Source: Methanomicrobia archaeon
Lineage (GTDB): Archaea; Methanobacteriota_B; Thermococci; Methanofastidiosales; NM3
Reading direction: 5' to 3'
Length of the DNA: 64,000 nucleotides
Assembly: GCA_030603445.1 (NCBI GenBank)
Contig: JAUVXU010000008.1
Coordinates: forward strand, 16,770-80,769
The notes below the pieces were generated by a model, which worked only from the letters and a program-made list of their open reading frames with translations, did no database searches and was not told where the DNA came from. Positions 1 through 9,434 of the stretch are shown one piece after another. How positions within the stretch are numbered: the first letter of the stretch is position 1; each line of letters starts with the position of its first letter. The position numbers and the translations under genes were made by a program.

Positions 1-679
1 ATCCATAATAAATTCCAGAATTAGCTGCAATTTCAGTAAGCTTTATCCATCCCTCTTCCCATCCATAATTCTGAAGTATTATTTCATAAATACGGGTGTT
101 AGACGTCGTGTCCGGTGCATTGCCAATCCCAATAATAGGCGGATCCTTAAAATAAATTGGATCTGCAAGATCATCCCATGTCTCTGGTTTGACCAAACCA
201 TAAAAATCTAGGACTTTATGATTAACTGTGAAACCAAAAGATGATATGGCAGCAGCAACCCACGCGGGATCGTCCCCATATTCAGATATATATCGTTTCA
301 TAGGGGCGCCGCCAATCGTATCTTCTATTTCTGATAGGATGTCGCCAAGTGTTTCCTCTGAAAGGGGCATAAGATATCCTAGGTCTGCAAGCTGATCAAA
401 AAGTGTGGGGCCTCCCCCCCATGCAACATCTATTCCTCCATTATCTATTGCCGTAGGCCATAGGCCTGGAACAGGTTGCATATATCGTATCTTAGTTATA
501 CCTGCTTCAACAGCGTATGTTGAATCCAAAAATGGATTCTCAAACACTTCTTGAATTGACGTATCATGGCGAGTGATAATTGTCAATGTTATTCCTTCTG
601 CTTCATCGTCTCCACCCAAACATCCTGAAGAGAAAAGAATCATGATTACCAAAGCTATGCTAATAATAAATTTCTTCAT
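1..679 (-). CDS. ABC transporter substrate-binding lipoprotein (partial; 3' end lies beyond the window start)
   Basis: Manual minus-strand translation from the ATG at 679 is open to the window edge: MKKFIISIALVIMILFSSGCLGGDDEAEG... with a lipobox-like SSGC; periplasmic-binding-protein-like content (iron/thiamine/polyamine SBP family). Not listed in the ORF track because it runs off the edge. Confidence 0.65.
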   Translation of the reverse strand, partial: MKKFIISIALVIMILFSSGCLGGDDEAEGITLTIITRHDTSIQEVFENPFLDSTYAVEAGITKIRYMQPVPGLWPTAIDNGGIDVAWGGGPTLFDQLADLGYLMPLSEETLGDILSEIEDTIGGAPMKRYISEYGDDPAWVAAAISSFGFTVNHKVLDFYGLVKPETWDDLADPIYFKDPPIIGIGNAPDTTSNTRIYEIILQNYGWEEGWIKLTEIAANSGIYYG

Positions 680-864
680 AGAGTTGTTATTATTATACCA
701 AATAATATGTGCCAACTTGTTCATTGAAAAACACCATAATTCCATTTTATGGAAAGTATATATACTTTTTGATTTAAACCAAAGAAAAATTTATATAACG
801 TTTTGTCAAACTATAATATGGGATGTTACATCTTTGTGTAAATATCTCAAAGGGGTGAAAATGA

Positions 865-1848
865 TTGAATAAAAAAAACTTAGCATCATTGTTCGTTCTT
901 TTTGCTTTGCTATTTTCAATGGTCGCAGCAGCAAGCGCTGAAGATACAACACCAGCAAAGGTTGTTATAGACGCAGCGCATGATACCCGACACGCGGGGG
1001 ACCTTGAAGATTTGCCGGCATTGCTTGAAGAGTGGGGTTATACTGTAGAAGTGGTAACTGATGAGATAACAGCCGATGTTCTCTCGGGTGCAAAGATACT
1101 TCTTGTTCCTGTGCCACAAGGTATTCCATACTCTCAAGACGAACTAAACGCAGTTAAAGCATGGTTTGATGAAGGTAATGTAGCCATATGGGTAGCTGGT
1201 GACAGCGACTATGACGGACCAGAAATTATTCCAGCAACTAACGCCATCCTAACTAAAATAGGATCTAACATCATGATTGAGAACGCAAGCATTGAAGAAC
1301 CAACTGAAGATTACAATGATGGTTCAGCCTACAGGGTAGTCGCGTCGAACTGGAACGCAGAGTTGTCAATTTCAACTGGTGTGTTAAAAGAAGTTTTCCA
1401 CGGTCCAACATTTTTATATGGGCTTGATGATGGTACGCCTGTTAATCTAACAACAGAGAGCATCAAAAATGTGAACTGGGTAGCCAAGACCAGTGAGGAA
1501 GCTGTTGTAGTGGTCCATCACCTTACACTGATTAAAACACCAGGAATTGAAGACGGTTCAAAAGGACAGTTTGTGATGATGGCAGTTCAGGAGAAAGCAG
1601 GTGCTAACAAATCATCCAAGATCGTGGTTTCTACAGAAACACTATTTTGTTCATACAAGAACATGAACAAGGATGGACCTTCAGAAAAAGGAAATCATGA
1701 GATTCAGGGAGAAACTCTTCTAAAGAATACTCTTGAATGGATGCAACTAGAATCTGAAGAAGGATCAAACACAATGCTTTATGCGGGGATCGTGATACTT
1801 GTATTAATCGTCCTTGGTGCGGCATCGTTCATGATGAAAAAGAAGTAA
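865..1848 (+). CDS. hypothetical exported protein with N-terminal signal peptide and C-terminal transmembrane anchor
   Basis: TTG start 7 nt after AGGGGTGA. N-terminus MNKKNLASLFVLFALLFSMVAAASA; C-terminus LYAGIVILVLIVLGAASFMMKKK (TM plus basic tail). Acidic, D-rich body. Confidence 0.55.
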   Translation: MNKKNLASLFVLFALLFSMVAAASAEDTTPAKVVIDAAHDTRHAGDLEDLPALLEEWGYTVEVVTDEITADVLSGAKILLVPVPQGIPYSQDELNAVKAWFDEGNVAIWVAGDSDYDGPEIIPATNAILTKIGSNIMIENASIEEPTEDYNDGSAYRVVASNWNAELSISTGVLKEVFHGPTFLYGLDDGTPVNLTTESIKNVNWVAKTSEEAVVVVHHLTLIKTPGIEDGSKGQFVMMAVQEKAGANKSSKIVVSTETLFCSYKNMNKDGPSEKGNHEIQGETLLKNTLEWMQLESEEGSNTMLYAGIVILVLIVLGAASFMMKKK

Positions 1849-1967
1849 ACAACCTCTCTTCTTTTATTTTTTATTTTATATTTTTACTTTTTTTCGACCA
1901 TTTTTGTATAAATTGAACTAATAAAAAATAATGCCAAAATTAAATAACAAAAACGTATGGTGAGGGT

Positions 1968-2336
1968 ATGCAACTTGAGACAATCCTACAAAATATTACA
2001 AATGATAAAATAGAGAAGATATATGGGGCAGTAGATGGTAAAAGAACGCCAATAGAAGGCATTGCAACATTAGAAGAGATAAAAAGCATACTTATCGTTT
2101 TTGAGAATGAATATAGGAAAAAAAACGTTGGCACTTCACTTCACAGATCTTATGTGTCCCTAATAAACAAACTAAAGCTGATATTTCCACAGTTGGATAG
2201 GATTGTAAGAGAGCTTCATGAAGGGAAAAATCCAAAAACCACAGGTGCTGATGCGCGTAATATTGTATCCAATTTTCACCTGTTAATAAACAGTTTGAAA
2301 GAAGTGGCAAGATCTATTGATAAAAACACTAAATAG
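1968..2336 (+). CDS. hypothetical small helical protein
   Basis: 122-aa ORF preceded by GGTGAGG; no recognisable motif. Confidence 0.35.
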   Translation: MQLETILQNITNDKIEKIYGAVDGKRTPIEGIATLEEIKSILIVFENEYRKKNVGTSLHRSYVSLINKLKLIFPQLDRIVRELHEGKNPKTTGADARNIVSNFHLLINSLKEVARSIDKNTK

Positions 2337-2484
2337 TTTTTATGAATTATAATTTTTCAACAAACAATATTGTACAATGATATATAATATTGTAATAATA
2401 TTCTATTAATATAGCCATATTCCATTGAAACTACTCTATCCAACATAAACATAATAAATTCATATAGAGTAGGAGTAATTACAT

Positions 2485-3525
2485 ATGAAAAAGAAGACAA
2501 AAATAATATGTCTGCCCTTTCTTATTTTCGCTTTTATGGCGCTAGCCATGCCAATGCTGTATGCAGAAAGCGGAAACATCACGGCCACAGCACAGATAAA
2601 CCCTATTGCACCAGGTATCAATAGCATTGCTATTCTTGACACCAATCATGATGTATGCACAACTTTGGATGTTAACAAAGAGTACTTTCTCAAAGTATCA
2701 ATAATAGAGAAGAATGGCATGCAAGACATAAATTCTATTACAGCTAATATATATTATGCAAAAGACGGCATGTTCCAACCTGCTGGAATCGACAAGCGAT
2801 CAAATTATGTATTTGTTTGGAACAATTCTCAGTCTGGAGGCACATGGGGCTGCACACCAGGCGGCTATCTCAATGAGGCAGCTTGTACTTATGAGATAGA
2901 ATCTCCGTATATAACATCTTTTTTCTTTGTATTCAAGTTAGACAAGACAGCTATGCCTTCTGGACAACAAAAAACATGGAAAGCAGTTGTGAATATTATA
3001 GATACGGCATCTTTGAATTCTACAAGTGAATCATTTCTCTTTGATGTAAATGATTATATAGAATGGTCTGGAATCCCGGCAGAAGTGAATCTAACAACCA
3101 CAGGTTTAGATCCTGAAAGCACATGGGATCTCACATCCCCCATTTCAATTAATGCAACTGTAATATCAAATACAGAAGTAACTACCTGTTTTCAGGCAAG
3201 TAACTTGCAATTAGGATCATCCCTCATTGAAGCAGACAATTACTTTATAATACAGGCCACGAGCATCCTAACTGGTGGAACCATCGTCAACGATTATTTA
3301 ATTGCACATCCTGTGCCAATGACTAAAACAGCTATCTACATAGGCGTTTATGATACTCAATGCCTCCTAGACCCTTCTGTAAAAGGATATTCAGAAGGAA
3401 ATATCCCTCTAATCTCATTTATTGTAGACGCAGCAGAAGGAAAATTAGTGCCAAATATCCCTGCCGGGACCTACGTAGCTACATGGACATTTAGTTTAGA
3501 AAGGGGAGAAGGAGCCACTGCTTAA
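2485..3525 (+). CDS. hypothetical secreted protein
   Basis: AGGAGT RBS. Signal peptide MKKKTKIICLPFLIFAFMALAMPMLYA; T/S/N-rich beta-type composition. Confidence 0.55.
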   Translation: MKKKTKIICLPFLIFAFMALAMPMLYAESGNITATAQINPIAPGINSIAILDTNHDVCTTLDVNKEYFLKVSIIEKNGMQDINSITANIYYAKDGMFQPAGIDKRSNYVFVWNNSQSGGTWGCTPGGYLNEAACTYEIESPYITSFFFVFKLDKTAMPSGQQKTWKAVVNIIDTASLNSTSESFLFDVNDYIEWSGIPAEVNLTTTGLDPESTWDLTSPISINATVISNTEVTTCFQASNLQLGSSLIEADNYFIIQATSILTGGTIVNDYLIAHPVPMTKTAIYIGVYDTQCLLDPSVKGYSEGNIPLISFIVDAAEGKLVPNIPAGTYVATWTFSLERGEGATA

Positions 3526-3549
3526 AAATACTATCTATGGAGCACTTAT

Positions 3550-4467
3550 ATGAAATATAAGTATCTGATAATACATTGCACTATTTTTTTTATAATGATG
3601 CAATGTGCTATGGCCCAAGCCGATATAGGTTTAGGGATATCTGGCAACAATCAAGCTCTTGTCATAGAATCATTCCCTTTTACATATTCTAACTCAATAA
3701 GTATCCACAATGCTGGCGACGAAAAAAGCATATATTGTGTTAAAATTGTAGGCGAATACACAGATATAGTGGGATGGATTGACGTTAATCCTAAAATTAT
3801 GGTAATAGAACCAGGGGGTTATGCCAACGTACAATACAGCGTTTATGCAGAGGAAGGGTATACAGGAACGTATATTACTTATCTGGAAATCACTGCTTAT
3901 AAAGAAAGTGTTAAGAGCGCTACGCTGCAAGAAACTCCAATGTCATATGTACAATCAAGCGGGATAATCCGTATATCTATTGAAGTAAGTGAGGAAGCAG
4001 GATTAAACTCAATGGGAATTCAACATCCGTCGCTTAACTATGAAGAGATGCCATCTGGGCCCTTTAAACTAGTGGTGGAGAATATAGAATCATGCTCTTC
4101 TGGAGTATCTATTGAAACATTCGATCGCCCATTATATATTGACATTCCCCATCAAGTGATAAAAAACAAACTAATTCCTTTATCAGGAGGATATATCGGA
4201 GAAGGGGAACCTGAAAGCATGAAAATTATCCTCAATGCCCCAAGCGGAGAAACGTATACTCTCGCCCCATCCACATCATTTATCTTCAACGAGGAAGGCA
4301 CGTGGCATGCTATACTCGTTTTAGGAAATCAGCCGATTATAGGGAAAGCAATAGAAGTCCTCCCCGAAAAAAGAGGGATATGGCCATACGTGGGAAAGAG
4401 TTCTTTAATAGCCATATCACTTTTTGCAGCAATTATGTGTATTAAAAAATATCATTTGCCTCATTAG
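3550..4467 (+). CDS. hypothetical cell-surface protein (CARDB/NEW3-like beta-sandwich pattern, C-terminal TM anchor)
   Basis: Signal-like N-terminus; SIHNAGDEKS...VIEPGGYANVQYSV pattern; C-terminal SSLIAISLFAAIMCIKK. Confidence 0.5.
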   Translation: MKYKYLIIHCTIFFIMMQCAMAQADIGLGISGNNQALVIESFPFTYSNSISIHNAGDEKSIYCVKIVGEYTDIVGWIDVNPKIMVIEPGGYANVQYSVYAEEGYTGTYITYLEITAYKESVKSATLQETPMSYVQSSGIIRISIEVSEEAGLNSMGIQHPSLNYEEMPSGPFKLVVENIESCSSGVSIETFDRPLYIDIPHQVIKNKLIPLSGGYIGEGEPESMKIILNAPSGETYTLAPSTSFIFNEEGTWHAILVLGNQPIIGKAIEVLPEKRGIWPYVGKSSLIAISLFAAIMCIKKYHLPH

Positions 4468-4564
4468 TAGGCGCGATATCATAAAATATTCAATCAATCA
4501 AAAAGGTTTATATATTCTTATAAAGGGACTATATATATCAGTTATACGGCTTGGAGGATATTAT

Positions 4565-5635
4565 ATGGTAATTGTCCGTCTCAAAGAAGTGACAAAGAAA
4601 TTTTCTGACGTAATTGCTGTTAATAATGTAACATTAGAAATAAATGATGGGGAACTATTTACTCTCTTAGGTCCAAGTGGTTGTGGCAAAACTACATTGC
4701 TAAGATCAATTGCAGGATTCTATTTAGCTGAAGATGGAAAAATATTCTTTGACGATCTTGATGTTACAAATATACCCCCTAATTTGAGGGAAACCGGGAT
4801 GGTATTTCAAAATTATGCCCTTTGGCCACACATGTCCGTTTTTGATAACGTAGCCTATGGCCTTAAAATACGTAAAATGGAAAAAACTGAAATCGAAAAG
4901 AAAGTAAATGAGATACTTGAACTTGTAAAACTTGAAGGCATGGCAAAACGTTACCCTTACCAACTTTCAGGGGGGCAGCAGCAGCGTGTTGCTCTGGCCC
5001 GTGCCCTTGTAATAGAACCTAAAGTGTTGTTATTAGACGAGCCCCTCTCAAATCTCGATGCAAAACTAAGAATAGAGATGAGAAATGAGATATCCCGCAT
5101 ACAAAAACGGCTTGGTATAACTACTATCTACGTAACCCACGACCAGGAAGAAGCATTGGCTATATCAGACAGGTTAAGTATAATGGATAGGGGAATATTA
5201 CAACAAATAGGTACACCCCATGAGATTTACTCCTTGCCCAAGAATCTATTTGTAGCAGACTTCGTTGGTGAATGCAACATCATCAAAGGAAAAATAACGT
5301 CTGTAGGAAAATACATAGAACTTGAAACAGATTCAGGGGCTAAGCTTACCGGTATTGCAGAAGAGTACAGAAGAGACGAATATAAGGTGGGCGATGAAGC
5401 ATATGCAACAATACGCCCAGAGAACTTTGAACTTGTAAATACAACGAAAAAAGACAATCACGTTACAGGCTATGTAAAGTATACACAGTACTTCGGTAAG
5501 ATTAACAGGCTTTTTATTGATGCCCTAAACATGCATATAATGGTCGATGCAGATCCTATAAAGACGCGTGATGTCGCGCATAAAAACATCGATATATACG
5601 CAACTCCAGAATCAACTCTCATCCTTCCTAAATGA
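4565..5635 (+). CDS. ABC transporter ATP-binding protein (PotA/FbpC/ModC-like with C-terminal TOBE-like domain)
   Basis: Walker A GPSGCGKTT, signature LSGGQQQRVALAR, Walker B LLLDEPLS. ATG at 4565 follows GGAGGA; the ORF-track N-extension is rejected. Confidence 0.9.
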   Translation: MVIVRLKEVTKKFSDVIAVNNVTLEINDGELFTLLGPSGCGKTTLLRSIAGFYLAEDGKIFFDDLDVTNIPPNLRETGMVFQNYALWPHMSVFDNVAYGLKIRKMEKTEIEKKVNEILELVKLEGMAKRYPYQLSGGQQQRVALARALVIEPKVLLLDEPLSNLDAKLRIEMRNEISRIQKRLGITTIYVTHDQEEALAISDRLSIMDRGILQQIGTPHEIYSLPKNLFVADFVGECNIIKGKITSVGKYIELETDSGAKLTGIAEEYRRDEYKVGDEAYATIRPENFELVNTTKKDNHVTGYVKYTQYFGKINRLFIDALNMHIMVDADPIKTRDVAHKNIDIYATPESTLILPK

Positions 5636-6868
5636 TGAACAAGTGCATTCTTGTTTTACCTGCACTATCGTCCATGGCATTACATTTTTTTCAACAATTA
5701 CTCCTGGGCCAATTCCACAATCATTGCCTATTTTTCTTCCCTCATATATTGTAACATTGATGCCTGTTTTTGTGTTATCCCCAATAATAACGCCCAACTT
5801 ACGTCTGCCTGAAGAGATGACCTTACCACGTATCTCCATCTTCACGGGATCCTTCTTGTGGCGAAGATTAGCAATAAGAGTGCCAGCGCCAATGTTACAG
5901 TTTGAACCTATCACCGAATCTCCCACATATGATAAATGCGCAGCGTTCGTGTTATCAAACAACACGGAGTTCTTTATCTCTGTGGCATTGCCTATATGGC
6001 AGTTGTTCCCCACTGTAGTAAATGGCCTTATGAAACAGTTTGGGCCTATATCGCAGTGCTCTCCTATTCGTACTGGCCCTATTATATAAGCGCCATTGCG
6101 AATTATAGTTCCCTTTCCAACATGGATATTGCCTGAGTATGTTACATTCTTCTCAATAACGCCTTCAATACGTTCTTCTTGATTTTTAACCATATACTCA
6201 TTTACATCAAGTAATGACCAAGGGTAACCTATGTCATTCCAATACCCCGAATACTTCACTACGGCGAAATCCTCTTTTTGCATCAGTATAGAGTCTGTAA
6301 GTTCATACTCGCCACGTACAGAAAGAGGGGTGTCCCTTATTGCAGAAAAAATATTTGGTTTAAATACATATACTCCTATGTTGACCAATGATTTTTTGGA
6401 CAATCCTGTTTTCTCAAAAATGTTATCAAGTTTTCCATGCCTTTCCACAACTGAACCATAACTTCCATCATTGTCCATATTCTTTACGGATATTACCTGG
6501 TTCCCTGTTTTTTTGAATACCTCTATTGCATTTTTTATGCAATCCCTCTCCACAAAAACATCGCCATTTAAGCATACAAATGGTTCTTTTATATCTTGGG
6601 CAGACATTACTGCTGTAGCAGTGCCATTCACATCCTTTTGGACTACGTAACGTACATGCAAGCCTGGGTGAAACTGAGTAACGTAATCCCTTATCATGTC
6701 TTGTTTATAATTTATAACAAAGACAAATTCATCAACCATTCCTTCAAGTGACATGATGACATGCTCTATTAAAGGTATGTTTCCAAGGGGGATTAATGCT
6801 TTTGGCCTTGTGTTTGTAATAGGATGAAGCCTTTCACCCTTTCCCGCCATAAGAATAACAGCTTTCAT
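5612..6868 (-). CDS. bifunctional sugar-1-phosphate nucleotidyltransferase/acetyltransferase (archaeal GlmU-like)
   Basis: N-terminal MKAVILMAGKGERL (nucleotidyltransferase G-rich loop). C-terminal left-handed beta-helix hexapeptide repeats. ATGA overlap with the upstream mutase gene. Confidence 0.8.
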   Translation of the reverse strand: MKAVILMAGKGERLHPITNTRPKALIPLGNIPLIEHVIMSLEGMVDEFVFVINYKQDMIRDYVTQFHPGLHVRYVVQKDVNGTATAVMSAQDIKEPFVCLNGDVFVERDCIKNAIEVFKKTGNQVISVKNMDNDGSYGSVVERHGKLDNIFEKTGLSKKSLVNIGVYVFKPNIFSAIRDTPLSVRGEYELTDSILMQKEDFAVVKYSGYWNDIGYPWSLLDVNEYMVKNQEERIEGVIEKNVTYSGNIHVGKGTIIRNGAYIIGPVRIGEHCDIGPNCFIRPFTTVGNNCHIGNATEIKNSVLFDNTNAAHLSYVGDSVIGSNCNIGAGTLIANLRHKKDPVKMEIRGKVISSGRRKLGVIIGDNTKTGINVTIYEGRKIGNDCGIGPGVIVEKNVMPWTIVQVKQECTCSSFRKDES

Positions 6869-8199
6869 AGTAACGCACTGACCTTTTTTCTTGCTAAAAC
6901 TAATAATTCTTTCGCCCTTTCTCTAGAACATGCCTCAACGGTTATTCTAAATGCCGGTTCTGTACCAGAGAAACGATAAAGAACCCAAGAATCTCCATAG
7001 TCCATACGTATGCCATCAATTGTAAGCATAGACTCATGCTCTTCACTATACAAACTCTCAGAAAGTCTTACTTCAAACGCTTCTCTATCAATATCCCCCA
7101 TAGTTATCTTATCTCGTAGTGTCACAAGTGGTGGGACGTTCTTACGCTCTTTGGAAAGTATGATGCCAGAATCCTTCATTTCAAGCAGTTTAACTGCAGA
7201 CAACACGCCATCTGGAGTAAGCCAATGCGAAGGAAATATCCAAGTGCCGCTAGGTTCTCCACCAAAAATAGCCTTATGGCCAACAACATCCCTAGCCAAT
7301 GCCACATCGCCCACGCAACTACGAACTACTTTTCCTCCAAAAGATTCGACATATTTATCTATGCACATAGATGCATCAACAGTTGTTACAATTATTGGAT
7401 GTGCTTTCTTTGAAATGCTGCATTCGAATCCTGCGATGAGTGAAAGTAAAATATCGTAGTCTATGTACTTGCCTTCTTCATCTATTGCACCTATCCTGTC
7501 CGCATCCCCATCATTTGCAATCCCGATGTCGCAATTAAATGACGAAACGGCATGCGATAAACTTTGGAGATTTACGCAGCTAGGTTCTAGGCCTCGAGAA
7601 AAAAATCCTGTCGGTTGACAATTTAATGAAAAGACCTGCATTCCCAAACGCTCGAGTAAATAAGGTGTAATAACACTTCCAGCGCCGCCGCCACAATCAA
7701 CAGCAACACGATAGGAACCATCGAATGAAACTGTGTTAATTATTTTATCAATATGTAGATTTATAGAGGGCCGTTTGATTATATCGCCCATAGATTTCCA
7801 TGATGAATTAGAATAAGCGCCTGTTGAAATTATTTGCTCTATTTGTTCTTCTAAAGAAAAATAAGCAACCCCATCCTTATCCCATATCTTCATGCCATTA
7901 TATTCTGGGGGATTGTGTGAAGCAGTGATTATAATTCCTGCATTGCACCCGTATTCGCGAATAGCTACACCCAAAGTAGGTGTCGGTGCTAATCCAATAT
8001 CATAGACAGTATTGCCTTGTGAAACGATCCCTGCAATCAAGGAGTTTTTAAGGCTTGGTCCTGAAGTACGAGAATCCATCCCTACAGCCACCGAACCATC
8101 TAGAAGAGTTCCAATAGCTTTTCCAACGTTAAGTGCCAAACTCTCAGTGATCTCTTGTCCGTATAAACCACGAATTCCGGATGTTCCAAAAAGTTTCAT
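6865..8199 (-). CDS. glmM: phosphoglucosamine mutase / phosphohexomutase
   Basis: TASHNPPEYNGMK active-site serine loop and GDGDADR Mg-binding loop. Start placed at MKLFGTSGIRG (8199) rather than the upstream in-frame M at 8256. Confidence 0.85.
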   Translation of the reverse strand: MKLFGTSGIRGLYGQEITESLALNVGKAIGTLLDGSVAVGMDSRTSGPSLKNSLIAGIVSQGNTVYDIGLAPTPTLGVAIREYGCNAGIIITASHNPPEYNGMKIWDKDGVAYFSLEEQIEQIISTGAYSNSSWKSMGDIIKRPSINLHIDKIINTVSFDGSYRVAVDCGGGAGSVITPYLLERLGMQVFSLNCQPTGFFSRGLEPSCVNLQSLSHAVSSFNCDIGIANDGDADRIGAIDEEGKYIDYDILLSLIAGFECSISKKAHPIIVTTVDASMCIDKYVESFGGKVVRSCVGDVALARDVVGHKAIFGGEPSGTWIFPSHWLTPDGVLSAVKLLEMKDSGIILSKERKNVPPLVTLRDKITMGDIDREAFEVRLSESLYSEEHESMLTIDGIRMDYGDSWVLYRFSGTEPAFRITVEACSRERAKELLVLARKKVSALL

Positions 8200-8290
8200 G
8201 TTATCATTTTTCGTATCATGTATGAAAAATATATACTTTTCCACTACAATCCCCATAAAATTTTAAAGCAATGCTCAAAGACAATATATA

Positions 8291-9388
8291 ATGGCAAGGG
8301 ATTTGAAAAAGAGAATACTCATATTTGTTATTGCATACCTAATAATGTCAACCATCTTAGCATACTACTTTAGAGAAGATAGCTTAAACTCCATAAATGA
8401 AACAATAGAATCCAATGGCAAGAAGGTCAATATAAAAGTTTTCTTTTCAGAGAATGAAGAAATTTGGGCTCAAGAAACCCTGGCCTTAGCAAGTGGCACT
8501 ATAGAATCATTGATAAAAGGGTATGATAAAAATTCTCCCCATAATACAATATCGATTTATGCTTCGTCACTTGATAAAACAAACAACTATCCCTTTAAGC
8601 TAGAATACTCCTCCGATCGCTTAACCATGGCAAAAGATTACCCTATAAATCCTGTTGTATGGGGAATATCCCAAATGTGGCTAAAAGATGGAAATACTCG
8701 CCTTCCGGATTGGATAGTACATGGTCAATCTGCATATATAACATACTGGGCGCTTGATGATGCAGGATTCTCACAAGATGCATGCTTATTCAAAGAAATG
8801 CTTGCAACAAATGCTAAAGGATTTGAGGATATATTTGCATTAGATGAATACGTTCTACCAAAAAATGCAGATGAGAAAGAAGTACATTATTTATTTTATG
8901 AATCTTTTCAAGTCTTTGAATCCCTTTATCAACAAACATCACTTGCCACCATGGCCTCTATCACAAAAGATGTGATGTCTTCTCAAAACACACAATGGGA
9001 TACAACCCGTTACATATCATTTGTCAATGAACATGCCGAGATAGATGTTGAAGCCATATTTTCACCTGTCTTTTTAGGAGATGTTAGCCATAAGATTTCA
9101 ACATGGAAACTTTATCACTACTTGGAACTTGCTGGTGCGGCAATTGTAGTTTTGCTTATATTCATATGGGCCTTCTGGAACAAGATAAAACAAAGACTAT
9201 CATTTTTAGCCATACTAAAGGAAAGAAATCCCATGAAAAGAGAACTAATAAAAAAGTATAGGACAAAGGAACGCATACTTATGGAGCTAGAAAGTTACTT
9301 TAAAATGAGAATACCTGAAGATCAGTTCGACTTATTCGTCAAAAGGTTCTACTATGAAAAACATACAAAAGACCAGGAACAATCATAA
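8291..9388 (+). CDS. hypothetical membrane protein (N- and C-terminal TM helices)
   Basis: 365-aa ORF with TM RILIFVIAYLIMSTILAYYF and TM LAGAAIVVLLIFIWAFW. Confidence 0.45.
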   Translation: MARDLKKRILIFVIAYLIMSTILAYYFREDSLNSINETIESNGKKVNIKVFFSENEEIWAQETLALASGTIESLIKGYDKNSPHNTISIYASSLDKTNNYPFKLEYSSDRLTMAKDYPINPVVWGISQMWLKDGNTRLPDWIVHGQSAYITYWALDDAGFSQDACLFKEMLATNAKGFEDIFALDEYVLPKNADEKEVHYLFYESFQVFESLYQQTSLATMASITKDVMSSQNTQWDTTRYISFVNEHAEIDVEAIFSPVFLGDVSHKISTWKLYHYLELAGAAIVVLLIFIWAFWNKIKQRLSFLAILKERNPMKRELIKKYRTKERILMELESYFKMRIPEDQFDLFVKRFYYEKHTKDQEQS

Positions 9389-9434
9389 CGATATATTTTT
9401 AAACTAATTTATATTATTTTAGGGTACGATATAT

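Noticed and set aside
573-872. ORF-track plus-strand ORF (99 aa)
   Set aside because: Lies antisense within the 5' end of the better-supported minus-strand SBP gene. Low-complexity, no RBS or motif.
8200-8256. N-terminal extension of glmM to the M at 8256
   Set aside because: The conserved mutase N-terminus MKLFGTSGIRG begins at 8199; the upstream 19 residues are not conserved-looking.
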